A DNA stretch of 64,000 nucleotides, taken from Mobula hypostoma (lineage: Eukaryota). The notes under the pieces are model-generated. The model made no database searches. It was not told where the DNA came from and saw only the letters and a program-made list of their open reading frames with translations. The DNA is taken from NCBI RefSeq assembly GCF_963921235.1, contig NC_086097.1, forward strand, positions 34,908,001 through 34,972,000, given 5' to 3'. Both the position numbers and the translations under genes were made by a program. Below, one piece after another: positions 63,443 through 64,000 of the stretch. Numbering within the stretch: position 1 is the stretch's first letter; the number at the start of each line of letters is the position of its first letter.

Positions 63443-64000
63443 TTTTTTAAACAATATTTTTATTGAATTTTACATATATTTCACATATACAAATAAACAA
63501 TAATAATAATTAAACTAAATAGTGAAACATGTCCTCATGTTTTTCACAATCATTAAAGGAAAAGAAATATAACATTTCACATACTTCACATATTTAACAA
63601 AGAAATAAAATAAAAACACATCAGAAAAAAAAAACCGTAGAAGCACTCACCAACACCCAGCTATTTCAAAATGACTGTGCACCTTGACGTCCAAGAAACT
63701 CCAATAAGGGTTTCCACACATTTTCAAATTCTCCTGCCCTTCCTCTAGTTATGTAAGTCAGTCTCTCCAATACAATACAAGATGCCATCTCCTTCACCCA
63801 TACCTGTACTGAAGGTATATCCATTTTTCTCCAAGATAAAACTATCATCCTCCTGGCCTGCAGGAGTCCGAAGTCAATTAAAATTGACTGTTTTGAACTA
63901 ACAGTAAAGTTCTTTGGATATATATACCTATTACAAACATTTTTGCTTGGTGAGGCACCTTTACTCCAACAATCTCAGATATAGTCTGAACAACTGTTTT
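63443..64000 (-). mobile_element. L1-clade LINE 3' end (runs out of the window)
   Basis: ARRMIVLSWRK..PSVQVW..LERLTY..FENVWKP, a fish L1 ORF2 C-terminus pattern; AATAAA and an A-rich tail near 63445. Confidence 0.7.

Overview
Eukaryotic, repeat-rich vertebrate DNA. It is most likely a cartilaginous fish (inferred from an HE1/V-SINE-like element, dominant CR1 LINEs and Rex1-type LINEs). The only host gene I can support is the 3' end of PPP2R5E (PP2A B56-epsilon): three coding exons on + (1281-1408, 7441-7542, 8123-8216) and a long transposon-free 3' UTR. The rest is a dense, nested set of decayed transposons: many CR1 LINEs (two near full length, none intact), Rex1/Babar-type LINEs and non-autonomous derivatives, an L1 3' end, tRNA-derived SINEs, an RTE-like tail, two solo LTRs, and Tigger, hAT-Charlie, Harbinger and Tc1 DNA transposons. 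The most notable signal is a family of Penelope-like (GIY-YIG) retroelements whose termini carry a 38-nt minimal type I hammerhead ribozyme motif. There are four full-length motifs, three with an intact catalytic core. The family also includes two ~220-bp protein-free, self-inverted insertions with 12-15 bp target-site duplications (TSDs), plus older decayed relatives. Repeat boundaries without a stated TSD are approximate, and family names come from motif recognition, not database searches.
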